Both the position numbers and the translations under genes were made by a program. Positions 18,858-28,673 of a DNA stretch of 64,000 nucleotides are shown here, in pieces. The stretch is from IMG/VR virus record IMGVR_UViG_3300046542_000248, positions 124,001 through 188,000 of that record. The stretch is one strand, 5' to 3'. Each line of letters begins with the position of its first letter. Within the stretch, counting starts at the first letter, position 1. The notes below the pieces were generated by a model. The model searched no databases. It was not told where the DNA came from and saw only the letters and a program-made list of their open reading frames with translations.

Positions 18858-20936
18858 ATGCTTCAACCAGATCAAATTGAAGAACTTGACCGTATTGCTA
18901 GTGACATTAAAAATATTGACCATGCTTTAGGGAGTGGATTACTTATTCCACTTGGAAATAAAGTAAACTCTTCACGGGCTGCATTAGTATTTCAACAAAC
19001 AGGTCAGTCTAAAAATCTTGTTGAACCTGAGATTGCAAGAGTATCTACTGGATATGAGAAAGTATTCGGAGATAGATCAACTTCTTTCCATAAGACTGAG
19101 AAAGAATTTGAAGTCGTTAACAAGATTCAAAAGTTTGGTAATGACTTTGTATATGCCTTAGTCCTTAGAGAAAAAGGTACAAATTATTATGATCTTGTAC
19201 TTAGAAACGAAGTAGAATCCTTTGCTGAATCTTCCGGCGTAAAGATCAATAACACGGTTATTGACTCTATGAATATCGGAGATAAGATTAGAGAAGGTGA
19301 GATTCTACACAAATCTAATTCCTATGATGAGAATATGAATTATCGTCTAGGAATTAATGCTAAGACAATTTATATGACTGATCCTGCAATTGTAGAAGAT
19401 GGGTTTAGAACGTCTGTCCCTCTTGCATATCGTCTACGTTCCACTGATGTTATACCGTATAAAGTTCCTAAGAATACAAATGATATCTTCTTGAATCTAT
19501 ATGGGAATAGTGAAGTATACAAAACGTTCCCAGATATTGGTGAGAAGGTAAAGAATAAGGTTCTATGTGGAAAGCGCAGAATTGATTATAATAATGCACA
19601 GTATATGCTTAAGAGTAAGAATCTCCGTAAAGAGATGTTTGGTGATACTCTTACGTATACTGATGGTACTGTAGTTGATATTGATATCTACTCTAATGTA
19701 CCTATTGATGATGTTCCTACCGATCGGGTAAACGAACAGACTCTTAAGTACATGAAAATGATTAGCAAATATTGGCATGAACTAAGAAAAGTTCTTGGTC
19801 GTATTGTCGATAATCCTGAGAATGAATATTCAGACCAAGTTGGTATTACTTATGCTCGGGCTAAAGATGTCTTGAGTATTGGTAAGACTACTAAGTGGGA
19901 TGATGATGGTTCTATCTTTGATAATATGATCATGTATTTTACAGTGGTCAATACTAAGAAAGCTGTTATCGGTACGAAACTTGTAGGACGCCATGGTAAT
20001 AAAGGCGTAATCTCCGAAATTGTTGAAGAGAAGTATATGCCACGAAGTGAAGATGGTGAATATGCTGAAATCATCTTTAGTGCTCTTTCAGTTATTGGTC
20101 GTCTGAATCCTTCACAGCTATATGAGCTTGAGCTTAACTGGATTGTGGATGAGATTCTTAATGGTAATGTCTCGCAGAAGAAGAAGTTCGATACACTGCT
20201 TGACTTCCTATCCATCTGTAACCCAAATCAAGAAAAAGTAGTGCGTGAACTATATGATTCTCTTGATAAAGCTGAAAAAGAAGTATTTATGAGTCAACTT
20301 ACAACTGAGTTCGTTACATTCCAACCGCCTAGTATGTCGATTAGCTTTGACAACTATGCTAAACTGGTTGAGAAGGTTGAACCTAAGAAGAAACGCTTTA
20401 CAGTTATGGATGAAAAAGGACAAGTCTTTAACATCCAAAACAAACTGATTATGTCTGATTCATATATCTACAAACTGAAACATGAACCGATTACAAAGTT
20501 CTCTGTACGTTCTAAAGGTACTATTAATCCACGTACATTCCTTCCGATTAAATCGCATGCATATAGCAGAGGAACAGCTCTGTTTAATAACCAAGCGATT
20601 CGGATTGGTAATATGGAAATGGATATCCTCAATCTGTGTAACGATCCTGCGGCTATTAACTACTTTACACGATTGTATTGTACATCCGTAATTGGTCGTC
20701 GTGAATTTGCACAGCTACTTGATACAAACATCTTCCAAGATGAAATGGAAATCGAGATGAACAACTCAACTTCTCGTGTAGTAGATCTATTCAACTCTAC
20801 TTTCATGGTATGTGGTATGGGACTACGTTTCGAATATCCAGATAAGAAAGTAAATGACATCTTCCTTGAAGAGATTAAGAACATGGAAAGCAAACATGTA
20901 AAAGTTGTCTTTGCCGGATGGGATAAGTTTAAATAA
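18858..20936 (+). CDS. RNA polymerase beta C-terminal half, probable non-virion RNAP subunit
   Basis: NSSRA, EDG, GTKLVGRHGNKGVIS, MP, GRLNPSQLYE, YIYKLKH, RIGNME. Confidence 0.93.
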   Translation: MLQPDQIEELDRIASDIKNIDHALGSGLLIPLGNKVNSSRAALVFQQTGQSKNLVEPEIARVSTGYEKVFGDRSTSFHKTEKEFEVVNKIQKFGNDFVYALVLREKGTNYYDLVLRNEVESFAESSGVKINNTVIDSMNIGDKIREGEILHKSNSYDENMNYRLGINAKTIYMTDPAIVEDGFRTSVPLAYRLRSTDVIPYKVPKNTNDIFLNLYGNSEVYKTFPDIGEKVKNKVLCGKRRIDYNNAQYMLKSKNLRKEMFGDTLTYTDGTVVDIDIYSNVPIDDVPTDRVNEQTLKYMKMISKYWHELRKVLGRIVDNPENEYSDQVGITYARAKDVLSIGKTTKWDDDGSIFDNMIMYFTVVNTKKAVIGTKLVGRHGNKGVISEIVEEKYMPRSEDGEYAEIIFSALSVIGRLNPSQLYELELNWIVDEILNGNVSQKKKFDTLLDFLSICNPNQEKVVRELYDSLDKAEKEVFMSQLTTEFVTFQPPSMSISFDNYAKLVEKVEPKKKRFTVMDEKGQVFNIQNKLIMSDSYIYKLKHEPITKFSVRSKGTINPRTFLPIKSHAYSRGTALFNNQAIRIGNMEMDILNLCNDPAAINYFTRLYCTSVIGRREFAQLLDTNIFQDEMEIEMNNSTSRVVDLFNSTFMVCGMGLRFEYPDKKVNDIFLEEIKNMESKHVKVVFAGWDKFK

Positions 20937-20941
20937 AGCTG

Positions 20942-20977
20942 AAAGAAACCGATGATTTCTCGTCGGTTTCTTTTTTT
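20942..20977 (+). terminator. Intrinsic terminator
   Basis: AAAGAAACCGATGA...TCGTCGGTTTCTTT followed by a T tract. Confidence 0.8.
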
Positions 20978-20998
20978 GCTGTAAATTCTAGATATACT

Positions 20999-21012
20999 AA
21001 ATATATATTATT
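20999..21012 (+). promoter_or_regulatory. Early-type promoter motif
   Basis: AAATATATATTATT. Confidence 0.75.
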
Positions 21013-21035
21013 TACTTGAATATACTATTAACTAT

Positions 21036-21644
21036 ATGGAGGAATTAACTATGGAAATGAAAAAACGGATGTCCAGTTTTAACAAACAGCTTAGAAAGCT
21101 TAACAAGGTTAAGAAAAAATATAATGAGCAATTAGGAAATCTGCCGTTTGAATTAAATTATTCTAAGGAGTCTCTTGAAAGTATGTTAAGTATTATTTAT
21201 AGTGTACTTACGTTATATACTCCCGAAGGAGATCAAGAGCATATATCTCTTATACAAGAATATAAATTTTATATCGGGAAAGATAATCTTGAGGAAGTCA
21301 CGACTCTGCTGATAAACAAAGTTAGATTGGCAGACTCTTTAGATAACGATAAGACTCAACTCAAAGATTATTATCAGCATAAGCTATTGAAGAAAATGCT
21401 CAAACATACAAAGGAAGTATTCAAGAAAATGCATAATCATTTAAAAGGTGTGTATAAAGAAAAGATATGTGTTCATTTCAATATAACTAACGAAATGTTT
21501 TCAGATCTATTGATCACACCAGAAAGATGTGCTGAATTTGATGATATTGTAAAGGATCACCGGTGGTATGTTTTATATATGCATACCAAGAAATTTACTG
21601 AAATTCATAAGTTACAAAAAATTGTAAGTGAAATCAAAGAATAA
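21036..21644 (+). CDS. Hypothetical helical protein (start likely ATG 21051)
   Basis: GGAGG RBS at 21038. Confidence 0.7.
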   Translation: MEELTMEMKKRMSSFNKQLRKLNKVKKKYNEQLGNLPFELNYSKESLESMLSIIYSVLTLYTPEGDQEHISLIQEYKFYIGKDNLEEVTTLLINKVRLADSLDNDKTQLKDYYQHKLLKKMLKHTKEVFKKMHNHLKGVYKEKICVHFNITNEMFSDLLITPERCAEFDDIVKDHRWYVLYMHTKKFTEIHKLQKIVSEIKE

Positions 21645-21692
21645 GTAATTAGTATACGCCTTTGTAAATATACGGGGCGTATATTTTTTTGT

Positions 21693-21706
21693 AAATATAT
21701 ATTATT
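21693..21706 (+). promoter_or_regulatory. Early-type promoter motif
   Basis: AAATATATATTATT. Confidence 0.75.
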
Positions 21707-21745
21707 AACCTGAAGTAAAATGCTATATTTGAAAGGAGTAAGGTA

Positions 21746-23950
21746 ATGACGAAGTTTCATAATTTAGCAAAAGGATTAGTTGAGGATTTAAGTAGAGGTA
21801 AGTATCTGTCGGCTGTCGTAGCTTTACAGCATCCCGAGATTATGGTACCCCTTTATGAGATTATCAAGAAGAAACCGAAGGATATTAATGATCGGGAATT
21901 TCAAGGATTAAGAGATGTGATCATTGCAAGTAAAGCTTTATACGAAGCCAATCAGTATATGAGTGGTATTACGTATAAGCTTATGCCCAATGATACTTAT
22001 GATACTTTGATTGAGATTTATAAGGGACTGAAGAATGAAGATGAGCCATTCCAATCCTTTATTCCGAATGGAATGAGAAGTGTTTCTCAAGATTATCCTG
22101 AATTATCAGGTACTCTTGATAAGGCTTATACAATCTATGATCTCAAGGAGAAACCATCTGTAGAAAAATGGATAAGAAAGATCTTTAAAGAGCTTGGAGT
22201 TAAGAAGTTAAAGTTAATGGTGGCTCTAAAGTTCGATGGAACTTCCGTAACTGTTACTTATGAACCAAACCAATTGAAGAAGTTCGATGAGTCTACCTTA
22301 ATTCCTACTAAGGCAATAACTCGTGGAGATTTCGATAATAATCTTGGTGTCGACCTATTCAATATTCTTGTAGGAAGAGATCAATTGGTTATCAATGACG
22401 GTATAAGTGATTGTCTTAACGGTGAAAGAATTGGTGTTCAGTATGAAGCAATGGTTACCGAATATGGTAGAGAGAATCTATCTAAGATTGTTGGTATCAA
22501 CTATTCTACTCGTCGAGCAGCCATTGCAGCAGCCTTAAAACGGATATCTAATCCTAAGACACCACCACTTGAACTTGGTGAGATCAATAAGTGTGTTACA
22601 TTAGTACCTTTAATGATTGATGACAATTCTATTGGTAGATTTAAGAAATCTATGTACTTTGAAACTTTGATGGAAACTATTTCGATGGATTTCTATCGTC
22701 CTGATAGTAAAACCTCATTGGAGTATCGAATTGATTCTATTGATGGAGATATAGACAGTCTTCTCAATAAGTTTCAAGTACTCGTGGATGAATATGTCAA
22801 GAATCGTGCCGATCTAAACTTCAGCATTGATGGTCTAGTATTATCAGTCGCTGATTATAAGCACGTTGATACTCTTGGTCGGTCTAGCAATAAGAACAAG
22901 TGGCAAATTGCTTACAAGTTCGATGCAATGATTCAAAGAACCAAGATCACAGGGATTATTTCATCCATGGGTAAGCAAGGGTTTATCGGACACAATATAA
23001 CCTTTGATCCTATTGAGTTTAATGGGGTAGGATATGTGAAAGCTCCTGTTAATAATGTGACAAGATTCAATACACTTAACCCACATATCGGTGATGAAGT
23101 TCTTGTCTCATATAACGCAGATGTTATGGGTTATATCTACAAGGATGAAACCTGTAAACCTGCACCTGATGGTTTGGCTATTCCAATGCCAACCACATGC
23201 CTTAACTGTGGGTGTGAATTGGCTATTACTAAAGATATGCTTAAGTGTATTAATGATACATGTCCAGGTCATAAGGTAGGAACAATCCTTGAAGCAATTC
23301 GAATCTTTAGTATAGATTACTTTGGGGATGAAACTGCTAATGGTCTAGTGATGGATGCCAATATTTCAGATGTAATATCATTCATTAATATGACAAAGGA
23401 CGATCTTGCAAAAGTTCTTAAAGGACTTAATCTGGAAAAAGCATGGGAAGAATTCAAGAATAAGATTAAAGCACCTATTGAATATTCTAAGGTGATTGAT
23501 CTTCTAAGGATTCCAAATCTCAGAACTAAAACGGCTGAAAAGATTCTTGAAGATATCTCTATCAAAGACCTGAAGCAAATGATGCTGATGAAGGATGAGA
23601 AAGTTCTCTTAAAGGCTCTACAGGCAATTAAAGGTATTGATAAGAAGGCTCATGACTTTGCAATCAATCTGATTGATGCTTATCCTGAATTCTCGAATAT
23701 ATCTAAACTTCTAAATTGTATCGAGCCAGTTAAGCATGAGTATGATAAGAAAGTTCTTATCTCTGGATTCCGAAGCAATGAAAAGTTTGAAGAGATATGT
23801 GAAAGATTAAACTTCGAGATTCTTGAATCAGGTACTAAGGTTGATTTGTTGGTTGTAACGCCTGAGAACTTCAATAAAACAAAGGCAGAGAAAGCAAGGA
23901 AACGTGGTATTCCAATTATGCTTTTGTCTGAATTTATTGAAACGTACTGA
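21746..23950 (+). CDS. ligA: NAD-dependent DNA ligase
   Basis: KFDG adenylation motif, TRGD, IDGLV, WQIAYKF, C4 zinc finger (CLNC...CINDTC), HhH, BRCT-like end. Confidence 0.92.
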   Translation: MTKFHNLAKGLVEDLSRGKYLSAVVALQHPEIMVPLYEIIKKKPKDINDREFQGLRDVIIASKALYEANQYMSGITYKLMPNDTYDTLIEIYKGLKNEDEPFQSFIPNGMRSVSQDYPELSGTLDKAYTIYDLKEKPSVEKWIRKIFKELGVKKLKLMVALKFDGTSVTVTYEPNQLKKFDESTLIPTKAITRGDFDNNLGVDLFNILVGRDQLVINDGISDCLNGERIGVQYEAMVTEYGRENLSKIVGINYSTRRAAIAAALKRISNPKTPPLELGEINKCVTLVPLMIDDNSIGRFKKSMYFETLMETISMDFYRPDSKTSLEYRIDSIDGDIDSLLNKFQVLVDEYVKNRADLNFSIDGLVLSVADYKHVDTLGRSSNKNKWQIAYKFDAMIQRTKITGIISSMGKQGFIGHNITFDPIEFNGVGYVKAPVNNVTRFNTLNPHIGDEVLVSYNADVMGYIYKDETCKPAPDGLAIPMPTTCLNCGCELAITKDMLKCINDTCPGHKVGTILEAIRIFSIDYFGDETANGLVMDANISDVISFINMTKDDLAKVLKGLNLEKAWEEFKNKIKAPIEYSKVIDLLRIPNLRTKTAEKILEDISIKDLKQMMLMKDEKVLLKALQAIKGIDKKAHDFAINLIDAYPEFSNISKLLNCIEPVKHEYDKKVLISGFRSNEKFEEICERLNFEILESGTKVDLLVVTPENFNKTKAEKARKRGIPIMLLSEFIETY

Positions 23951-23981
23951 GCATCTTTAAATTAAAAAAGTAAATATTCTA

Positions 23982-23993
23982 AACATTAAATTG
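23982..23993 (+). promoter_or_regulatory. Late-type promoter AACA-N6-TG
   Basis: AACA TTAAAT TG at the start of an intergenic region with no + strand ORF. Confidence 0.6.
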
Positions 23994-24342
23994 GGAGAAT
24001 TTTAGAGTACACAAGTAATCACCACTCAACCATTTATGTTGATCGTCGTGTCCAAACCGTTCTCTCTTTGAAAACCTAATACTTCAAATCATTTCGCCCA
24101 TATACAGGAATGATCATAGCGACCTTTACTCGGAATTTTCTGCTGGATTCACCTATCAAGTTTGGTTGAATTAAATCGCAGAAGGTGAAGAGATCCTTGC
24201 TGAAGTTATTAGAAAGAGAGAATACATAGGTAGACGTTATATCATTTATCAAAGTGGACGTATTCACTTAGTTACCAATATTCTCATAACCATACAACGA
24301 ACCAGGGGTCAATGCGATCTCTGGTTCGTTCCTTATTTTTTT
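23993..24342 (+). ncRNA. Putative structured non-coding RNA (~300 nt plus terminator), family unknown
   Basis: Nested helices 23995-24000/24280-24285, 24005-24010/24260-24265, 24050-24054/24255-24259, 24060-24069/24213-24222, 24076-24086/24201-24212, 24138-24143/24178-24183; promoter upstream and terminator at 24296-24342. Confidence 0.6.
24296..24342 (+). terminator. Intrinsic terminator
   Basis: AACGAACCAGGG...CTCTGGTTCGTT followed by a T tract. Confidence 0.75.
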
Positions 24343-24367
24343 GTCAAAATGAATCGAATATGAAACC

Positions 24368-24381
24368 AAATATATATTATT
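24368..24381 (+). promoter_or_regulatory. Early-type promoter motif
   Basis: AAATATATATTATT. Confidence 0.75.
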
Positions 24382-24424
24382 ATAGTGTATATAGAACAAT
24401 ACTATCGAGGAGAGTGTATCTAAT

Positions 24425-25042
24425 TTGTCAAAACCATTTGGAGATTTAACACGAGAAGGCGTAAACACACTGTTTAACTGTACGTCAGCAAAACATGGCG
24501 GCAATATTGACATCAATTCAGAAGTTCAAGGATTTATTGATACTGGTGTCTCAAAAGGTATTACACATACCTTAAACCCTTTACTGGGGCAAGGTCCAGA
24601 TAAGCGTTTGGTACTCGGTCCATTCACATATGGGCACGGTGTATTCATGCTTACTGATGAGCAAGGATTCTTTGATAATATCGAAGAATATAAAAAAGAG
24701 CCTAGACTAAATCTAGCTCTGGTTGAGTTGATCGCTGAAAGTATTAGAAGCGATAGCAATGAAATATTTTATGAAGCAGCACATAATTACGCTAAGCTAA
24801 GTGAATATGATGCTGAGACACGCATCTGGACTGAGCAGCCGAATGAAGAAGATCGTGGTGTAGAGTTGGATTCATCCTCTCTATATCTGCTTGCAGCTGT
24901 ACATGTATTGGCAATTGCGCATATGTTACTGCGTTCCGCTAATAAAGAAGAAGCTTCACTAGTTGAAATACCAGGTGAGGGAATCTATACCATTGAGTGG
25001 GTTGACGACCAGTGGGCAATCGGGTTTACTCTCACCCAGTAA
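24425..25042 (+). CDS. Acidic protein, paralog of 25133..25837 (possible HU/IHF-like fold)
   Basis: Shared motifs IDTG, GPFTYG, DRGVE, VEIPGEG.YTIE; GAGGAG RBS; TTG start. Confidence 0.7.
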   Translation: MSKPFGDLTREGVNTLFNCTSAKHGGNIDINSEVQGFIDTGVSKGITHTLNPLLGQGPDKRLVLGPFTYGHGVFMLTDEQGFFDNIEEYKKEPRLNLALVELIAESIRSDSNEIFYEAAHNYAKLSEYDAETRIWTEQPNEEDRGVELDSSSLYLLAAVHVLAIAHMLLRSANKEEASLVEIPGEGIYTIEWVDDQWAIGFTLTQ

Positions 25043-25132
25043 ATATATATAATTATAGTGTATATGACACAATATTAGAAGTATCTAGTGTGTCAAAAAA
25101 TCAAACTACAAATTATTAGGAGGATTTTAACA

Positions 25133-25837
25133 ATGGCTAAAAAACTTATCGAGGTAACAAACGAAGTATCCAGCAAAGCATTTAACTGTGAACGCAACAT
25201 TGACGGTGACAATAAAAAGGCCGAAATTGATATCGCAATTCAAGCAATGATCGACACTGGTATCTCCAATGCAATTCCACGTGCTCTGTTCCTTATCATG
25301 GACGCTGAGCCGAAAGAAGAAGTACAATTGGTTGTAGGGCCGTTCACATACGGTGTAACTGCTCGTAAATCCGGCGAATCCTTATCATTGAATCCAACGT
25401 TCACGTTGACGAACGAAAAGAAATTCTTGGCTGAGCTTGACAATTTCGAAGAGAAGCTGCACAAGAACGTTTCCCTTATCGAAAGCATTGCAACAACTAT
25501 CGACGACGAAGTGTTCCTTGATACTGTTATGCACTGCTGCAAATTGGATGAATACGATGTGGCTGAAAGCGAATGGATTGAAAAGAAAACTGACGCTGAC
25601 CGTGGCGTTGAATTTGATCAAACTTCTTCGCAGCTATTCGTTGCATTACACATCTCCGCAATCATCCATGTCTTGGTTAACTCCAAGTCTCCGGATGAAG
25701 TAGTTAAATATGAAGTACCGGGCGAAGGTACGTATACGATCGAGCGTAAAAAGGACAAATGGGAATTCGGATTCATTCCATCCAAAGAGTTCAAACAAAC
25801 GATCAAAAACGACCGTCTTATCGAAGCCCTCGTCTAA
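25133..25837 (+). CDS. Acidic, probably highly expressed protein with two HU/IHF-like segments
   Basis: AGGAGG RBS; EVPGEGTYTIER...FGFIPSKEFKQTIK resembles HU VQLxGFGTFEV...PAFKPGKxLKxxV; own promoter variant at 25041-25054. Confidence 0.7.
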   Translation: MAKKLIEVTNEVSSKAFNCERNIDGDNKKAEIDIAIQAMIDTGISNAIPRALFLIMDAEPKEEVQLVVGPFTYGVTARKSGESLSLNPTFTLTNEKKFLAELDNFEEKLHKNVSLIESIATTIDDEVFLDTVMHCCKLDEYDVAESEWIEKKTDADRGVEFDQTSSQLFVALHISAIIHVLVNSKSPDEVVKYEVPGEGTYTIERKKDKWEFGFIPSKEFKQTIKNDRLIEALV

Positions 25838-25926
25838 TTATCCTTTATCAAATAGGCCGAACCGGAAACTTATCCGGTTCGGTTCTTACTATTTGTCAAA
25901 ATTTTTTGTAAGGTGGGAGAATATAT

Positions 25927-26101
25927 CATGGAAGAAACTCAGCGTTCCGTTAGCTGTAAAAGCTGCAATTCAACTTCTTGGATTTCAGCAACACCTCTTG
26001 GTAGAAGAAATTATCAAAAGTTTAAATGTAAATGCAGGAAAACTGTTCGTATTCTCACTTTAAAATGGGGGAAGACATTACAGTTTAGTTCAAAGTTATA
26101 A
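25927..26101 (+). CDS. Small Cys-rich (Zn-ribbon) hypothetical protein
   Basis: CKSC...CKC; GGGAG RBS; start is ATG ~25928 or GTG 25913. Confidence 0.45.
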
Positions 26102-26132
26102 GTAGATAGATAAGAAGGGAAGATGTCAATAG

Positions 26133-28004
26133 ATGAATTATCTAAGCCAGATGGTCGCTAAAATGTCTGACACCATGGTTGATGGTATTAATGAAGATCT
26201 GTTTGACCGCCGGAAAGGGAAACAAATCTGGGAATTTATCGCTGAAGATTTAAGATCAGTAGAAATGTTACCTGATATATTCCTGAAGAATGTTCAATAT
26301 ATAAAGGACCCGTCTAAACTTGATGTTCGTTTGAACCTGAAGAATATTAAGAATAAGAAGATTCTCAAGAATAAAATTGAGAAGCTTATTCCAGTACAGC
26401 CTGATGTATTCGATGCTATTCGATTTACTGTGGATATTGCCGGTGGTCAGAAAGTAGAGAATACTATTCTGCTTCCGAAATATATAGATAGATACAACTT
26501 CATGATCTCTGGGAATAAAACTTTAGCTATGTTCCAGGTTGTAGATAACGCAACTTACAACCGCAAAGGTGAAGTAATCCTTAAATCCAGAATCCAGAAA
26601 CGTCTTAGCAGAGAAGAGAAGAAAAAGAAATATGAGCTTCTCTGTGTTGAGACAGGCAACCTTTACAAGATCAGTAATTTAAATATCAATCTATTCAAGA
26701 AGACTTTCAATCCGTTATACTACTTTGCGGCTAGAAGATCTATTCTTGGAACGATTGATTTCTTTGGATATACAAAGTTTCTTAATCTAGTTACAGAAGT
26801 TAAGCAGCCTGAATTGTTCTATTACTTCCGTATCAATTCTAACATTCTTTTCGAGTGTGAAAAGACGTTGTTTGATGATGACGGATTCTTTAGAACTTTC
26901 ACAGGATTACTTGCTCAGCTATTCAATACTCGTAACAAGATTGAAGATATTTATGAAGAAGAACTTTGGGTCAAGAAACTTGGCACGCTATTCACATCAG
27001 CGGCTAAGAATCAATTGAACAAAGGTTACGATGTTATGAAGTCATTCCGAAACGTTCTGGACACCACAACTCAGAATGCTTTACGGATTGATTACAAAGA
27101 CAAAGCTGATATCTACTGTGTATTACGGTGGATGATGCGAGAGTTCAATGAGTTGAGAAATATGGATAACAACTCCTTGGCTAATAAACGTATTCGTACT
27201 AATGAATATATTGCTGCATACTTTGCACGGTATTGGAAAGATAAAGTTAACTACGCTTTGAATCTGAAGCCGTATGATAAAGACAAGCTTGCACGGATCT
27301 TCAAGGTTGATGAGCACATTCTTATCAAAGCCTTGTTCCGTGGTAAGAAGCCATCTCCACTATTCCGTTACAATATTGATATCAATGATCTTCAAGCATT
27401 GAACGGATTGAAATTCTCACTCACAGGTATTCAAGGTCTGCCATCCGATAAAGTTAAGGATGAACAACGGGATATCTATCCGAGTCATCTTGGACGGTTC
27501 GAGCTTAATGCTATCTCGTCCAGTTCACCAGGTATCTCCGGTATGCTTACTCCATTCTGTAAGATTTATGATGGAGGATACTTCGGAGATTCTCAAGCAA
27601 TCGAGAAGCCTTATATCAAGAAGCTTCGTAAGAGAATCAAAGAGATTAAAACTAATGAGGGTGTATATAATGTGATTAGAGCGCATTATAAAACTCTTGA
27701 GGAAGATCATGAGAAGAGAAGATTCAATCTCAAGTATCGTGAACTTCGAAATGAACGTGGCTTTATCCAGATCGTAAGACCTAGATATATTCGTAATGAG
27801 CGAGGATATATTCGAGTTGATAAGGTGATTAATCCTGCGAGTTACAAACGTACTCCTAAAGGATATATCAAAGTCAACAGAAACTTTGTTCTATTGCGAC
27901 TTACTGCTAGTGTTAAACCTGAATTTAAACAAGGTTCGTATGTTAGAACTCCTGATGGCTATATTGGAATTACAATTAATCCAAACGGTCTATTTAAGAA
28001 ATAA
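26133..28004 (+). CDS. RNA polymerase beta N-terminal half, probable non-virion RNAP subunit, with C-terminal repeats
   Basis: LPK...FMISGN, LANKRIR, fork/Rif region RDIYPSHLGRF....SSSSPGISGMLTPF. Confidence 0.85.
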   Translation: MNYLSQMVAKMSDTMVDGINEDLFDRRKGKQIWEFIAEDLRSVEMLPDIFLKNVQYIKDPSKLDVRLNLKNIKNKKILKNKIEKLIPVQPDVFDAIRFTVDIAGGQKVENTILLPKYIDRYNFMISGNKTLAMFQVVDNATYNRKGEVILKSRIQKRLSREEKKKKYELLCVETGNLYKISNLNINLFKKTFNPLYYFAARRSILGTIDFFGYTKFLNLVTEVKQPELFYYFRINSNILFECEKTLFDDDGFFRTFTGLLAQLFNTRNKIEDIYEEELWVKKLGTLFTSAAKNQLNKGYDVMKSFRNVLDTTTQNALRIDYKDKADIYCVLRWMMREFNELRNMDNNSLANKRIRTNEYIAAYFARYWKDKVNYALNLKPYDKDKLARIFKVDEHILIKALFRGKKPSPLFRYNIDINDLQALNGLKFSLTGIQGLPSDKVKDEQRDIYPSHLGRFELNAISSSSPGISGMLTPFCKIYDGGYFGDSQAIEKPYIKKLRKRIKEIKTNEGVYNVIRAHYKTLEEDHEKRRFNLKYRELRNERGFIQIVRPRYIRNERGYIRVDKVINPASYKRTPKGYIKVNRNFVLLRLTASVKPEFKQGSYVRTPDGYIGITINPNGLFKK

Positions 28005-28018
28005 ACTGGAGGTAGTAT

Positions 28019-28660
28019 ATGCTACGTATAACAAAAGTTACACTTATAAGGCCAGAGGATCAACCTCTGGCTTTAAAGTCGCTTAGTAAAAAGCATAAGA
28101 AAATCCTTAAAGATTTAACTCACAGAATGAAACGTGATGCTTTGGCTAAAGATTGTACAGGCTTCACTAATCCTAATGAGAAGAACATTGTTCTTATGGG
28201 AGATCCTGATGAATACACCACTGTAAAAGGTCATGTTACTGATGATCATTTAGCGGATTTTGATTATCACCATGGTGAAGGTGCAAAATTCATTCTAGTT
28301 AATATAGGTCGTGGAATGTATAAGAAGCTTTCATTGAAAGCCTATGAAAAATTGTCCAAGATTCTATATATGACTGTACGAGTTAAAGCAACTGTATTAA
28401 CAGATGGTGACGGTGAGAATGATAATGATTATGAAACCGTCATGGATGACACATACAATGTCGCATCATTAAATTATCTATTCGGTATAATACCTCGTAT
28501 AGAAGGTGTCATTGATGGGCGTTCTGCTTTCCAGAGAAGTCAAGAAGGCTGGAATACAATCAATGAAACTGATATTACTGTGAAGATTCTTAATAAGAGT
28601 GGAAGTGTAGAAGTTCATACACTCCATAAGTTTCTAGACAAGTATAAACTATTCTACTAA
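28019..28660 (+). CDS. Hypothetical protein
   Basis: GGAGG RBS. Confidence 0.7.
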   Translation: MLRITKVTLIRPEDQPLALKSLSKKHKKILKDLTHRMKRDALAKDCTGFTNPNEKNIVLMGDPDEYTTVKGHVTDDHLADFDYHHGEGAKFILVNIGRGMYKKLSLKAYEKLSKILYMTVRVKATVLTDGDGENDNDYETVMDDTYNVASLNYLFGIIPRIEGVIDGRSAFQRSQEGWNTINETDITVKILNKSGSVEVHTLHKFLDKYKLFY

Positions 28661-28673
28661 TGGAGGTATTCAA

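Noticed and set aside
24076-24516. Two short minus-strand ORFs (63 and 82 aa) over the intergenic gap
   Set aside because: No convincing RBS. One overlaps a real gene and promoter. Promoter, terminator and base-pairing favour a plus-strand RNA.
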